Shown here in pieces: positions 33,773 to 45,032 of a stretch of DNA of 64,000 nt (its first letter is position 1; each line of letters starts with the position of its first letter). The DNA lies in assembly GCF_032444005.1 (NCBI RefSeq), contig NC_091283.1:365428001-365492000 (forward strand), given 5' to 3'. This DNA is from Ranitomeya imitator. Its lineage: Eukaryota. The notes under the pieces were generated by a model, which saw nothing but the letters and a program-made list of their open reading frames with translations, was not told the DNA's origin and ran no database searches. Made by a program: the position numbers and the translations under genes.

Positions 33773-33970
33773 GTAGATGGAGAGAAGGTGTCATGAGATC
33801 TCCCCTATGATGTGTAGACGGCTGTGAAGGTCTTGTGCTCAGTCTTGTTTTATCCACCAGTATTATATGTTTTATACTTGTGTAATGAGAACGGTGGAGA
33901 TGGCAGGATTAGAGCTGTTCATAGATGTGACTTCTCCTTCTGTCTGTGACTTGTACAATATTTGTTTCAG

Positions 33971-34061
33971 GGTGAAGATCTGACCCATATTAATACTACA
34001 GAGACATATGTGAAGGGAGATGAGTGGTGTAAAGAGGAGATTCCTACATATGGCCACACAG
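33971..34061 (+). CDS. ZNF coding exon 5: GEDLTHINTTETYVKGDEWCKEEIPTYGHT
   Basis: TTTGTTTCAG| acceptor and CAG|GTGAGT donor (phase 1). Confidence 0.88.
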
Positions 34062-34559
34062 GTGAGTAGTAACCACTAAATGCAGAGATGTCACAGATTC
34101 TTTTCTGTCACTGGATGTGGCTGCTCTATCTTCAGTGTAGTACCACCATATTACAATCAAACAGTCACCGTTCTCCTGCTAAACACAAACTGTCCCGATT
34201 ACTTTGGTCATTGAAAGTTCTTTTGTTGAAGTGAGACCTATCTCAACAAGAGCTTACAGCCCGGAGAATGCACCCTACTAGCTGGAATTAGAAGATGCTG
34301 ACCCTTACCTTCCCAGATCTCTAAACTGCAAAGCCCAATGACAGCGTAAGTAGAATGTGCTGACAACATAGAAAATCATGTGCAGAAAAGTATAATCTGT
34401 ACGGCGGGCCTTGCTTTTATGACGAGACACCAGTCCAAGTCCTTTTATTTATATGCTCAAATATAGATACATAATTTTATTTAAATGCATCCCTGACACC
34501 CCCTCATTCAGAGTAGAGAGTAAAGAAGATAAAACCCTTCAATCAATAATTGTTGCCCG

Positions 34560-34856
34560 GATTTCCACAACTCTTTGCTTTTACTTATCACAGCTATTAA
34601 TTTATTTCAACGTGTAACTTGGTGTAACGTATTGTTAGTAGTTATCCAGTTCTTAAAAATAATTCCCCTTGTAGATCACGACCGTGAAGTAATTAGATCC
34701 TTAGTAGAACAAACCATCTTGACTCCTATTACAAAAATGAAATGACAAAAAAGATAACTGGTTCCCAAAATTCCCTAATTTCCCAGGAATCTGAATCCAT
34801 ATGAGATGGCTCTACCGTCTCAGAGTTACACTTGAGACATTTAGAATTTTTATTTT
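34560..34856 (-). mobile_element. L1-clade ORF2 C-terminal zinc-knuckle fragment
   Basis: CLKCNSETVEPSHMDSDSWEIREFWEPV. Confidence 0.6.
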
Positions 34857-34860
34857 TTAA

Positions 34861-35696
34861 CCCCTTAAGAACCAGGGGTATTTCCGTTTTTGCATTTCCA
34901 TTTTTTTCTCCCCTTCTTCCCATGGTCACAACTTTTTTATTTCTTGGTCAAAATGGCCATGTGAGGGCTTGCTTTTTGCGGGAAGAGTTGTATTTTTGAA
35001 TAAGGTTTTACTAGGTTCACTAAATGCTAAAACTGACCTGCCATGATGATTCTCCAGGTCATTGAGTTCTTGGACACCAGACATGTTTAGATTCTTTTTT
35101 TATCTAAGTGGTCAAAAAAAAAAATCCAAACATTGTTAAAAAAGAGTCACATTTTCTGGTTCTCATAGCGTCTCCATTTTATTTTTAAAAACTTTTTTTT
35201 TTTTAACTTTTGTCATGCTTCAAAAGTCTCCACGGGAGACAAGAAGATGCCATAACTTGATCGGCGCTGCTACATACAGGCCGTGATCAGATCACCTGTA
35301 TGTAGTAGAATTACACACTTGCTATGAGTGCTGACCACCAGGCGCCGCTCATAGCAATCCGGCAGTGACAACCATAGAGGTCTCACGGAGACCTCTGGTT
35401 GTCAAGCCGGCCCATCGGTGACCCATAATCATGTGACACAGGCACCGATGGGATGAGGTAATGACGCGCTTCATGTGCGTGCATGCTAAATGCCGCTGTT
35501 AGAGTTTGACAGCGGCATTTAACATATTAACAGCCGCGTGTGGATCGCGATTCTACCTGCTGCTGTTAGGAGCACATGTCAGCTGATCAGATCAGCTGTC
35601 ATATGCCAGAAAAGGTGCGGGCTCATCGCCAGAGCCCACCCCAAATGGTGGAAGGCATCCAATGACGGACCATGTCTGTCATTGGACGTTAAGGGG
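34861..35696. mobile_element. Non-autonomous piggyBac-type element
   Basis: TTAA|CCCCTTAA ... TTAAGGGG|TTAT; collinear with 15746-16935. Confidence 0.75.
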
Positions 35697-35999
35697 TTAT
35701 TCAGTATTTTTTATTGAAAGTTTTTGTATATGAATATTACAATTCCAAAATTACCCCCACAAGTCTCTGATCCTTCCCACCCCAACAAAATACAGCAAGT
35801 TATATTTAAGTACAACATACCCAGTAAAGTGGATTTCACAGTTCAGTAAAGGATAGGAATGCTGTAATGGCAGCTAATATACCATTTGTCAGAATGTATA
35901 ATGAATTTCGGCATTTTCCAATATAGTATAAATAACATCGATATATCATGCCCAATCAGTGCTTCTGGAGGCATGCCACCCGTAAGTTAGGCAGGCTCT

Positions 36000-37586
36000 C
36001 ATTGCTTCAGAAATGCCAAATGTGGATGCAATATGTGGTTTAGGTACACTGTGGGGCTCAGAAGTGAGGGGTGCATTTGAATTTGGGAGCGCAGAATTTG
36101 CTGAATTTCTTTTGGCGGGCAAGGAGCCATTTTGCTTTCCCAGAGCCTTTGTGTGCTACCAGTAACGTGGAAGCCCCTATATTTCCATTAACAGATGATG
36201 GACCTGAGTGGGGATTTGCTTTTTTTGTGGATTTAGTGGAAGCTTTTATTGGGAACATTTTACATAATGTTTGGGATCACATTTATCCAGCACTCTGCGC
36301 TAAGTCCTTTGGGGTTTCCATCTAAATATCTGAGTGACGTGATTCAGATGAAACCCCCGAGGTATTAATTCATTGTAAAGAGGCAGCAGAGTTACTCTGG
36401 ACGCCATATGGCCTCTGTTCAGCATTGTCCTTCTTTTCAGAAGTGCACAAAACTGTGGCCGACGGCACTTTTATGCAATCTTAAAAAGACAGACACCGCC
36501 GGATCAGACGGCGTCCACAGTGCCTCCATCTGCCTCTTTATGGGGAATCTTCTGCCAAGGGTTCCATCTGATTTTGGTATTTCAGAGATTTACACGGAAA
36601 CCCCGGTGTAAGCGCTCAGCGCAGAGCGTAGGATAAATGTGCGCCGAGCCTTACTGCGATCTTTGGGAGGCAGAATGGAAACATGAACAGCATGTGAAGA
36701 ATTGGTTTTATTTATTTTTTACGCCGTTCCTCCTGCGGTATAAGGCTGCTTTATTTTTCAGGTCGGTGCGACAGCTATAACAGATATATATTGGGTTTTT
36801 ATGTTTGGCTGCTGTCACACATTAAGACGCTTTTTATTGCAAAAATTAGTTTTTGCATCACCACATTTTGAGAGCTATAGTTTTTCCATATTATGGCCCA
36901 CAGAGTCATGTGATGTCTTGTTTTTTGCGAGTACCATTTTTGGGCACATGACATTTTTTGATTGCTTTCTATTCCAATTTTTGGGAGACAGAATGAACAA
37001 AAACATCAATTAAGGAATTTCTTCTTTGGGGCGGGGGGAGGCTTTATGCCGTTCCATGTGTGGTAAAATTGATAAGGCAGTTTTATTCTTCAGGTCAGTA
37101 CGATTACAGCGACACCTCATTTATATTGTTTTTTTTTTTGTTTTTGCACTATTTGTGTAATAAAAACTTTTATAGAAAAAAAATAATTATTTTTACATCG
37201 CTTTATTCTGAGAGCTATAACTTTTTTAATTTTCCGCTGATGGAGCTGTATGGTGGCTTTTTTTTTCAGGACAAGATGACGTTTTCAACGGTACCATGGT
37301 TATTTATATCCCTCTTTTTTATCTCGTTTTATTCCACTTTTCGGCAGTATGATGATAAAGTATTGTTTTTTTATTTGTAGTGGGACAGTTTTATAGGTTG
37401 GGTCGCTGCAGACACGCTCTTGGCACCTAGTGCCGGGTATGAGCTGTCAGAATAAGCTGACACCTGGCGGCGATCGCCCGCACACCCACTATGTGCACGG
37501 GCGATTGTGCAGACGTAATGATCCATCCCTGGTCAAATAGGCCCAGGGCACATGAACAAATTATTGCTTCTGATGTCAGAAAGGGG
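36000..37586. mobile_element. Right part of a large piggyBac-type non-autonomous element
   Basis: Ends AAGGGG|TTAA (37587-37590); left boundary uncertain. Confidence 0.5.
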
Positions 37587-37590
37587 TTAA

Positions 37591-38294
37591 TACCTAAATA
37601 TTTGAATTCAGAAACTACTTGTAAGCCAGAACCTGAATATGAAGGTAGGTTATCATAATTATCTAATGGGAGTAAGGCTACGTTCACACTAGCGTTTTTT
37701 TCAATACGTCGCAATGCGTCGTTTATGGGAAAAAAACGCATCCTGCAAAGTTGTCTGCAGGATGCGTTTTTGCCCCATAGACTAACATTAGCGACGCATT
37801 GACACACGTCGCAACCGTCGTGCGACGGTTGCGCCGTGTTGTGGCGGACCGCCGGGAGCAAAAAACGTTACATGTAACGTTTTTTGCTGCCAACGGTCCG
37901 CCATTTCCGACCGCGCATGCGCGGCCGGAACTCCGCACCCACCTCCCCGCACCTCACAATGGGGCAGTGGATGCGCTGGAAAAATGCATCCGCTGCCCCC
38001 GTTGTGCGGCACATTCACTGCTAGCGTCGGTACCTCGGCCTGACGCACTGCGACGGGCCGAGTCCGACGCTAGTGTGAAAGTAGCCTAAGACTGATTTGT
38101 TCCAGTTGATCTTTTAACCCAAATATTTCCCAAATCTTTCGATAACCTTCATCGTCACTGGTAATGTATTAGAAGTCTCTGCCAAGAACAACAAAGTGTC
38201 GTCAGCATAGAGGGCCACCTTCTCTTCTATTGCTTCTCTGCGGAATCCTACCCTGTCCGAATGTTTCCTGATAATTTCGGCAACAGGTTCAATA
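37591..38294 (-). mobile_element. L1-clade RT fragment split by a MITE
   Basis: 38290-38090: IEPVAEII...EEKVALYADDTLLFL...INWNKS; 37672-37591: LQVVSEFKYLGI. Confidence 0.85.
37676..38086. mobile_element. Harbinger-type MITE with TAA target duplication
   Basis: TAA|GGCTACGTTCACACTAGCG ... CGCTAGTGTGAAAGTAGCC|TAA. Confidence 0.88.
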
Positions 38295-39435
38295 CACAGG
38301 TCAACAAAAAAATTTTTTTTTTCTGGTGTCCAAAATATTTTAATGAATTTGGGGTATTTTTGGGGTGCTGATTCTGAATATGCTATCAGTTTTGCCAGAT
38401 TGGCTCAAGTTTTTGAGATTTTTGGTATCTTATTTATAGCACTTGTTGGTAAATGCGACGCATCATCTCATTAATTTCTTTGTATTAGTACTTGAACTGA
38501 GCAGTTCTCAATATAGTTTTGTGTTAATTAGTGTTCTAAAAGTTTGTTCATAGCTTGATTTTTGCACTAACTTTATGTTGTTGTCTGTTTTCCAGTGAAA
38601 AGCATGAACTCATCAAGAAGAAGTTGTCTTAACGATCCAGACTCATTCTGTTACATTTGTGGTGAATACACACTGCCAATACACACTTCATCATCATCAG
38701 GTGGGGGAAGGTCAGGTAACATGGTAAACACAGGTACAGGCACATCTTCACAATGAGGGACAGGCCTTCTTGCAGATTCCATGTTAGGTTACTCCCATTT
38801 TCGTTTCTTATGCTTATTGAATCCTTGCACTTGCACTGCACAGAAATAACAGTCATCATGATGATTTTTTTGCTCTCTCCACACCATTGGAACACCAAAT
38901 TTGAAGCTTTTTCTTTGTCCTTTGCTCCATTTTCGTAATAATTCGATACATGCTTTGCACACTATGTGTGGTGCCCAAAACTTGTCTTGGTCCCCAAGCA
39001 TAACCCCAAAATAGGCAAAATACACTTTTTTTACGAAGTCTGTTATGTTTCTTCTATGTTTTGGCAGTGTGTATTCACCACAAATGTAACAGAATGAGTC
39101 TGGATCGTTAAGACAACTTCTTCTTGATGAGTTCATGCTTTTCACTGGAAAACAGACAACAACATAAAGTTAGTGCAAAAATCAAGCTATGAACAAACTT
39201 TTAGAACACTAATTAACACAAAACTATATTGAGAACTGCTCAGTTCAAGTACTAATCCAAAGAAATTAATGAGATGATGCGTCGCATTTACCAACAAGTG
39301 CTATAAATAAGATACCAAAAATCTCAAAAACTTGAGCCAATCTGGCAAAACTGATGACATATTCAGAATCAGCACCCCAAAGTTACCCTAAATTCGATGA
39401 AATATCTTTGGCACCAAAAATGCTGTTGACCAGTG
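38295..39435 (-). mobile_element. Chapaev(3)-like DNA transposon foldback derivative with truncated transposase
   Basis: CAC(A/T)GGTCAAC ... GTTGACCAGTG ends; ~380-bp inverted arms (38295-38679 / 39061-39435). ORF 38789..39145: CYICGE...GDQDKFWAPHIVCKAC...PMVWREQKNHHDDCYFC. Family assignment is from motif recall. Confidence 0.65.
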
Positions 39436-39700
39436 TATGGATTATTTAATATATCCTATCTTATGCATAAAAGCCCGGGAAGGCATAGCCTGTGAATAAC
39501 GATAAATTGGATCATTCTCTCATGTGACGTAGAAAAGAACTTTAGCAGAATTTACAATTAGGTCTCATTGTTTAAGGTGAATCCAAGATCTGATTCCTAG
39601 AATTTATTTTCTTCTGAAAGTCAATTAATCAAATGTTTTATAGGGAACTAATTCTGCCTTTACAGATTTCATTTAACAGTAAATAATCCATGACAGGATA
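39436..39700 (-). mobile_element. L1-clade ORF2 remnant, continuous with 46871-47150 across the DIRS B insertion
   Basis: The empty site reads ...LYLQIRRSIQSSPRLFILGK|YPVMDYLLLNEICKGRISSL on the minus strand. Confidence 0.6.
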
Positions 39701-40029
39701 TTTTTATTCAGTCGCCATGACAGCACAACGAGAGAGGGGATCCGCCCTTCAGGGACAGGAAACCTCAGACATAAAAAGGGCGGCACCTCACTCCCCCGCC
39801 AGTTGGTTTCCTGTCCCTGACAGCGGAACCTCTTCAGACAGACCTTGGGAAGAAGGTTGAAGAAAAGAAGCTATCCCACTCCTGACAGGCCGATACAGGT
39901 AGCGGGGGTCACCTGCCTCGGTCTGGTCAGGAGGTTGGTAGCACCACACGGCAGGGGGACTGTTGGTGTAGGTGGCAGCAGGAGGAAGCAACCCAAGGGA
40001 AGGGGTTAGCTTCTTGGGTGTCCGCGTTG

Positions 40030-40300
40030 TCATACCTGGTAAGTAGGCCGTGGAACCATGTTTGTGGGGCCTCTGGGGCCTGTACAACCGCTGCCACTGT
40101 CTGCGCGTCTGCCCTCAGCGCCGCAGCTGTGACCGGAAGGGGCGTGTCCGGATGACGCGGCGAGCGGCGCGGGGTGATGACGCGGCCGCGCATGCGCGGT
40201 AGCGCTTTTTCTCCGGCTAATGGCGGCGCCCAGGGGCGGAAGGGGGATTGTGGCCGCAGGGAGTCCGGCGCTCAGCATGGGGGCGCGGCTCACAGTGTAC
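40030..40300 (+). promoter_or_regulatory. CpG-rich internal 5' region of DIRS B (candidate promoter)
   Basis: Dense unmutated CpG; CCGGAAG (ETS-like), TGACGC twice (CRE half-sites), GCGCATGCGC (NRF1-like). Confidence 0.45.
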
Positions 40301-40412
40301 CGATTAACGACACCTGGAGGAAGCCCTGCTGACCCCCATCCGGGGGTGGTACCGAGGGGGATGATTTAAGACCTGCACAGACGCCTCTGCATGTTCCTGT
40401 CCTGTTTCCTAC

Positions 40413-41959
40413 ATGGAGTCACCGGAGGGAACTCCGCAGCTGTGCGGTGAACAGCAGCAACCACTGGAGCAGCCACAGACAGGGAAATCTCTGAGAAGCT
40501 CCCAGCGGCGTTCTAGTGGCAGTAGTCGCGCTGGTGGAGCTAAAGCTGCTCAGAAATCTACCAAATCCTCAGGCCGTAAGGATTCTCCGGCTAGAGAGGA
40601 CCCCCGATCACGGTACCATTTGTTGCAAGGATGGGTAAGTGAGCTACGTGAAAGTACGCTTTTTTGATTGCTGTCCCTCCTTGTATTCCCTCTCTCCTTA
40701 TCCAGGGGAGAAAAAGTACTTCCAAAGCCAAGCATAGGGAGTGTGCCGTATGTACAGAGCCACTTCCAGATGGGCATAAAAAGAAGCTGTGCAGATCCTG
40801 CATACAGCGCTTAATCGAGGAGGAGGCCCCTGACCTGACATCTACCCTTAGGGACATGGTTAAACAGGAGGTCAGGGATTCCTTAAAATCCAGTTCTCAC
40901 AGGACAAGGTCCCAAAAGAGGATAGAAGTCCCATCCCCAGTTTCAGATGTGGATTCAGATGGGGTGAGCTCGGATTCTCATCCATCATCTTCATCTTCAG
41001 AGGACGTAGAATCTAGTCGAGCATGTCTGTCACTAGACAGGATTAATCACCTAGTGAAGGCTGTCAACAACACTATGGGGATTGAAGAGACCCAGTCAGA
41101 ATTCTCCATTCAGGACATTATGTTCAAGGGCATAGACCGTAAATCTCGAAGGGTTTTTCCTATAGTGGAAAAAATCAAGTCACTGATTACGAAGGAATGG
41201 AAGAAGCCCAAAAGGAAGGGGTCACTGCCACCAGCATTTAAAAGAAGGTATCCGTTCGAGGAAGAGGCTTCAGCTTCTTGGGACAAGGTCCCGAAGTTGG
41301 ATGCAGCGGTGGCCAAGGTGTGCAAAAAGTCTTCTCTTCCATTTGAGGATCTAGGTAACCTAAAGGACCCGCTTGATAGAAAAGCTGATGTGTTCCTTAA
41401 AGGGGCTTGGGAGACTTCTGCGGGATCCTTGAGACCAGCAATTGGGGCCACTTGCACAGCTCGGTCCTTGATGGTGTGGCTAGGCCACCTGGAAGACCAA
41501 CTCAAGGATAAAGTTCCTAGAAATGAAATCCTATCCTCTATGCCCATGATCCAAGATGCTGCAGCCTTCCTTTCAGATGCGTCAGCAGATTCAGTTAGGC
41601 TGGCCGCAAGATCCTCAGCCTTATCCAACGCAGCCCGCAGAGCACTTTGGATAAAATGTTGGCCAGGTAATTTACAGGCCAGATCAAAACTATGTGGCAT
41701 CCTCTGTGAAGGGGTTCATTTGTTTGGTCCGGTACTAGATGAGCTGCTTGAGAAGGCAGGTGATTCTAAGAAGTGGTTCCCTCTATTGAGAAAACCCTTT
41801 TATAGGCGTGATGACAACAGAGGATGGATAGAGAGCCAAATAGAGATTCGTCCAGATATAACAGCAGCAGAAGAAGAGGTAGGGGATATATGTTTAACTC
41901 CCCTCGGGACTCTAAGAAGCCTCAATGACTGGCGGTCCAGGTGGGCGGTAGGCTTTTAG
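40413..41959 (+). CDS. DIRS B gag, two exons (40413-40634 and 40706-41959), with an inferred 1-nt deletion near 41826
   Basis: In-frame GT-AG join gives ...HLLQGW|GRKSTSK...; CAVC-x12-CRSC zinc motif; ALSNAARRALWIKCW, LFGPVLDELL. The alternative frame after 41826 gives the expected RRRGRG...KKPQ* end. Confidence 0.85.
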
Positions 41960-43823
41960 CCTTCTACCCAGCCTGGTTGAGGATCACCAATAGTCCGTGG
42001 ATTCTCAGTATCATTAAAGAAGGTTTAAAGTTCCAGTTTCATCATATCCCTCAGGACAAATTTAAATTAACTCCTATCCGTTCTTCTCCTGCAGAACAGT
42101 TGGCATTGGAGTCAGAGGTTCAAGATCTCCAACAAAAGGGAGTTCTTATTAGAGTACCCACGGAAGAACGAGGTATGGGGTTTTATTCCCCTTTATTTCT
42201 GGTAAAGAAGCCAGATGGGTCATATCGTACCATCATCAATCTGAAAGGCCTGAATGAATTCTTGCTGATCCCATTCTTTAAAATGGAATCTGTGAAAAGG
42301 CAATAAAGCTTCTTTTTCACAATTGCTTCATGGTTGTCTTAGATCTGAAAGACGCCTATTACCATGTCCCGATACATGTAAATCATCAGCGCTTTCTCAG
42401 GGTGGCGGTTTCTCTTGCCGGCACAGTAGAGCACTTTCAATATCGGGCACTCCCCTTTGGTGTTGCGGTCGCACCACGGGTTTTCACTAAGATTATGGTA
42501 GAGGTTATGGCACACCTTCATGAGCAAAACATACTAATAATTCCCTACCTGGATGATTTATTGATTGTTGGGCGTTCAGAGTCACACTGTAAAGAGCAGT
42601 TGGAGAAGGTGATGGCAGCATTACATAACTTAGGATGGATTATCAATCTCAAAAAATCGCGTCTTCAGCCCTTAACATCACAGCATTTCTTGGGTCTTAT
42701 TGTAGATTCGGGTCAGCAGGAATGTCGCCTGCCGGACTCAAAGGTTGATAGTATTCATCGTCTGGCCTCCAGAGCTATTAATAATCCCGTTATCTCCTTA
42801 AGAGGTGCAATGTCACTTTTGGGTTCTCTTACTTCTTGTTTTCCGGCGGTGCTGTGGGCACAGTTTCACTCCAGGTCTCTGCAATGGGATGTTCTACATA
42901 ATTTTCGTCGGCTGGGCGCTAACCTTGATAGAGAAAATTTTTTATCTATGGAGGCCACTAATTCACTAATTTGGTGGACACACATTCCGAATCTGCGTAG
43001 AGGGGTACCCTGGACAAATCAAATAACGCGAGTAATAACAACTGATGCTAGCCCCACGGGTTGGGGGGCACACTGGGAAGATGATTGCATTCAGGGGCTG
43101 TGGTCCCAGTCTGAGCGAGACACGCCTTCCAATCTAAAAGAATTGTTGGCGGTAGAGCGTGCTTTGAATGGATTCCTTATACCTCTGCAGGGTAGACATG
43201 TCAGACTACTCTCTGACAACCAGGTGACCGTTGCTTATATTAACCACCAAGGAGGTACGCGGTCTAGGTCATTAATGAACGTTACAAATCGTATTTTTCA
43301 GATGGCCGAAAATCACCTACTCTCCCTTACGGCCCTTCATATAAAGGGAAAGCTAAATACCATGGCCGATTATTTAAGCCGCAACGAGCTCAAACAAGGG
43401 GACTGGTCTCTAAAACCGGCTGTCTTCAATCAGATCGTACGTTTATGGGGATGTCCAGAAATAGATCTTTTTGCCAGTCGAGGAAACAGGAAACTACATC
43501 AATTTTGTTCCCTAAATCCGGAGGACAACCCGTTTGCAGTCGACACTCTTCTAATCTCCTGGAACTTCAGTCTCGCCTATGCCTTTCCCCCTCTAAATCT
43601 GATTCCTATAGTTCTGAGGAAAATTCGGGAAGACCGGGCCCGAGTGATATTAATAGCCCCGTTCTGGCCCAGAAGGTCGTGGTTCCCATGGCTAAGAAGC
43701 ATGTCCATTTCCCAGCCATGGATCCTCCCAGAAATACCAGACCTCCTTTCCCAGGGTCCAGTCCTGCATCCACGAGTAACCAACTTACACCTGACAGCGT
43801 GGAATTTGAGAGGTCACTTCTGA
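41941..43823 (+). pseudogene. DIRS B pol (RT, RNase H, N6-adenine methyltransferase-like), broken by one frameshift at ~42298
   Basis: FYSPLFLVKKPDGSYRTIINLK; LDLKDAYYHVPI; LPFGVAVAPRVFTK; PYLDDLL; TDAS; SDNQ..YINHQGGTRS; DLFAS...YAFPP. Confidence 0.92.
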
Positions 43824-44833
43824 AGGGGAAGGGATTTTCTCAAAATCTTATAAATACACTGCTTAAAAGTAGGAAAACCTCCACGACAAACATTTATGTT
43901 AGGGTTTGGAGAAGATTCCTATCGAGTTCAGGGGCACAAATTGATCAAAGACCTGATATTACTCAAATCTTAAAATTTTTACAAAAGGGCCTAGAGTTAG
44001 GCTTAGCCACCAGCACCCTTAGAGTTCAGGTTTCAGCTCTAGGGGCGCTATATAATTCTAACTTAGCCAGTAATCACTGGATAACAAGGTTTTTCAAGGC
44101 GGTTACCAGATCCAGGCCGGTTATTAAACAAAAAATAGTCCTATGGGACCTAAATCTTATGCTCTCAGCTCTAACGCAAGCCCTGTTCGAGCCTATTGAC
44201 TCTGCTCCAATCAAGATCCTGTCGGTCAAAACGGCCCTCTTAGTTGCCCTCACATCCGCGAGAAGGGTTAGTGATCTACAGGCATTGTCCAGACAACATC
44301 CATACATGCAGTTTAGGGAAGATAGAGTGGTTATGAGACCTGACCCTCTTTATCTTCCAAAGGTTGCTTCAAAATTTCATAGATCCCAAGAAGTGGTCCT
44401 ACCTTCATTTTGTTCTAATCCCTCTAACGATAAGGAACAGAGATTTCATTGTTTGGACGTACGAAGGTGTCTTCTCAAATACATTTCAGTAACAGACACC
44501 TGGAAAAAAGATCACTCCTTATTTTTATCCTACCAGGGAGTTAGAAAGGGGCTTAGGGTATTAAAAAATACACTAGCCAGATGGATTAGGGAGGCGATAT
44601 CTCTTGCTTATACCGCAGGTGGCGTGGAAATTCCAGAAGGTATAAAGGCTCACTCCACTCGTGCGGTAGCCACATCCTGGGCTGAGAGAGCAGAGGTATC
44701 GATTGAGGACATTTGTAAGGCGGCCACATGGTCTTCTCCATCTACCTTTCTTAGACACTATAGATTAGATCTAGGTGGCTCCTCCGACCTCACGTTTGGG
44801 AGAAGGGTGCTGGAGGCAGTGGTCCCTCCCTAG
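43445..44833 (+). CDS. DIRS B tyrosine recombinase (intact ORF overlapping the pol 3' end)
   Basis: TSARRVSDL (R), KAHSTRAVATSWA (H-x-x-R), FLRHYRLD (Y); 462-aa open frame. Confidence 0.93.
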   Translation: MGMSRNRSFCQSRKQETTSILFPKSGGQPVCSRHSSNLLELQSRLCLSPSKSDSYSSEENSGRPGPSDINSPVLAQKVVVPMAKKHVHFPAMDPPRNTRPPFPGSSPASTSNQLTPDSVEFERSLLKGKGFSQNLINTLLKSRKTSTTNIYVRVWRRFLSSSGAQIDQRPDITQILKFLQKGLELGLATSTLRVQVSALGALYNSNLASNHWITRFFKAVTRSRPVIKQKIVLWDLNLMLSALTQALFEPIDSAPIKILSVKTALLVALTSARRVSDLQALSRQHPYMQFREDRVVMRPDPLYLPKVASKFHRSQEVVLPSFCSNPSNDKEQRFHCLDVRRCLLKYISVTDTWKKDHSLFLSYQGVRKGLRVLKNTLARWIREAISLAYTAGGVEIPEGIKAHSTRAVATSWAERAEVSIEDICKAATWSSPSTFLRHYRLDLGGSSDLTFGRRVLEAVVPP

Positions 44834-44856
44834 TCACTTTTTCACTTCTCTGAAAG

Positions 44857-44941
44857 TCTCTCGTTGTGCTGTCATGGCGACTGAATAAATACATACGCTA
44901 CTCACCTGGTAGCAGTGTTTTTTCAGGAGCCATGACAGCAC
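44857..44941 (+). repeat. DIRS B internal complementary region (ICR)
   Basis: 44857-44889 is the reverse complement of the left terminus; 44890-44941 is the reverse complement of the right terminus; the halves join through AAA. Confidence 0.95.
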
Positions 44942-45032
44942 CCTTATATTCCCTACCCTCTTTTGGCTTATTTGGATCAACACTTCCTTTAGTTAATTCC
45001 TAAGTTATTCACTGGGTGAATTGTACCATATA

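Noticed and set aside
40706-41959. In-frame KRAB-Gag fusion by splicing ZNF exon 5 to the DIRS acceptor
   Set aside because: The donor is phase 1 and the acceptor is phase 0 for gag; the product stops at 40735-40737.
43445-44833. Tyrosine recombinase and Dam-like domain as a sign of prophage or bacterial contamination
   Set aside because: Both are normal DIRS1 components, embedded with gag/RT, ITRs and ICR in vertebrate intronic DNA.
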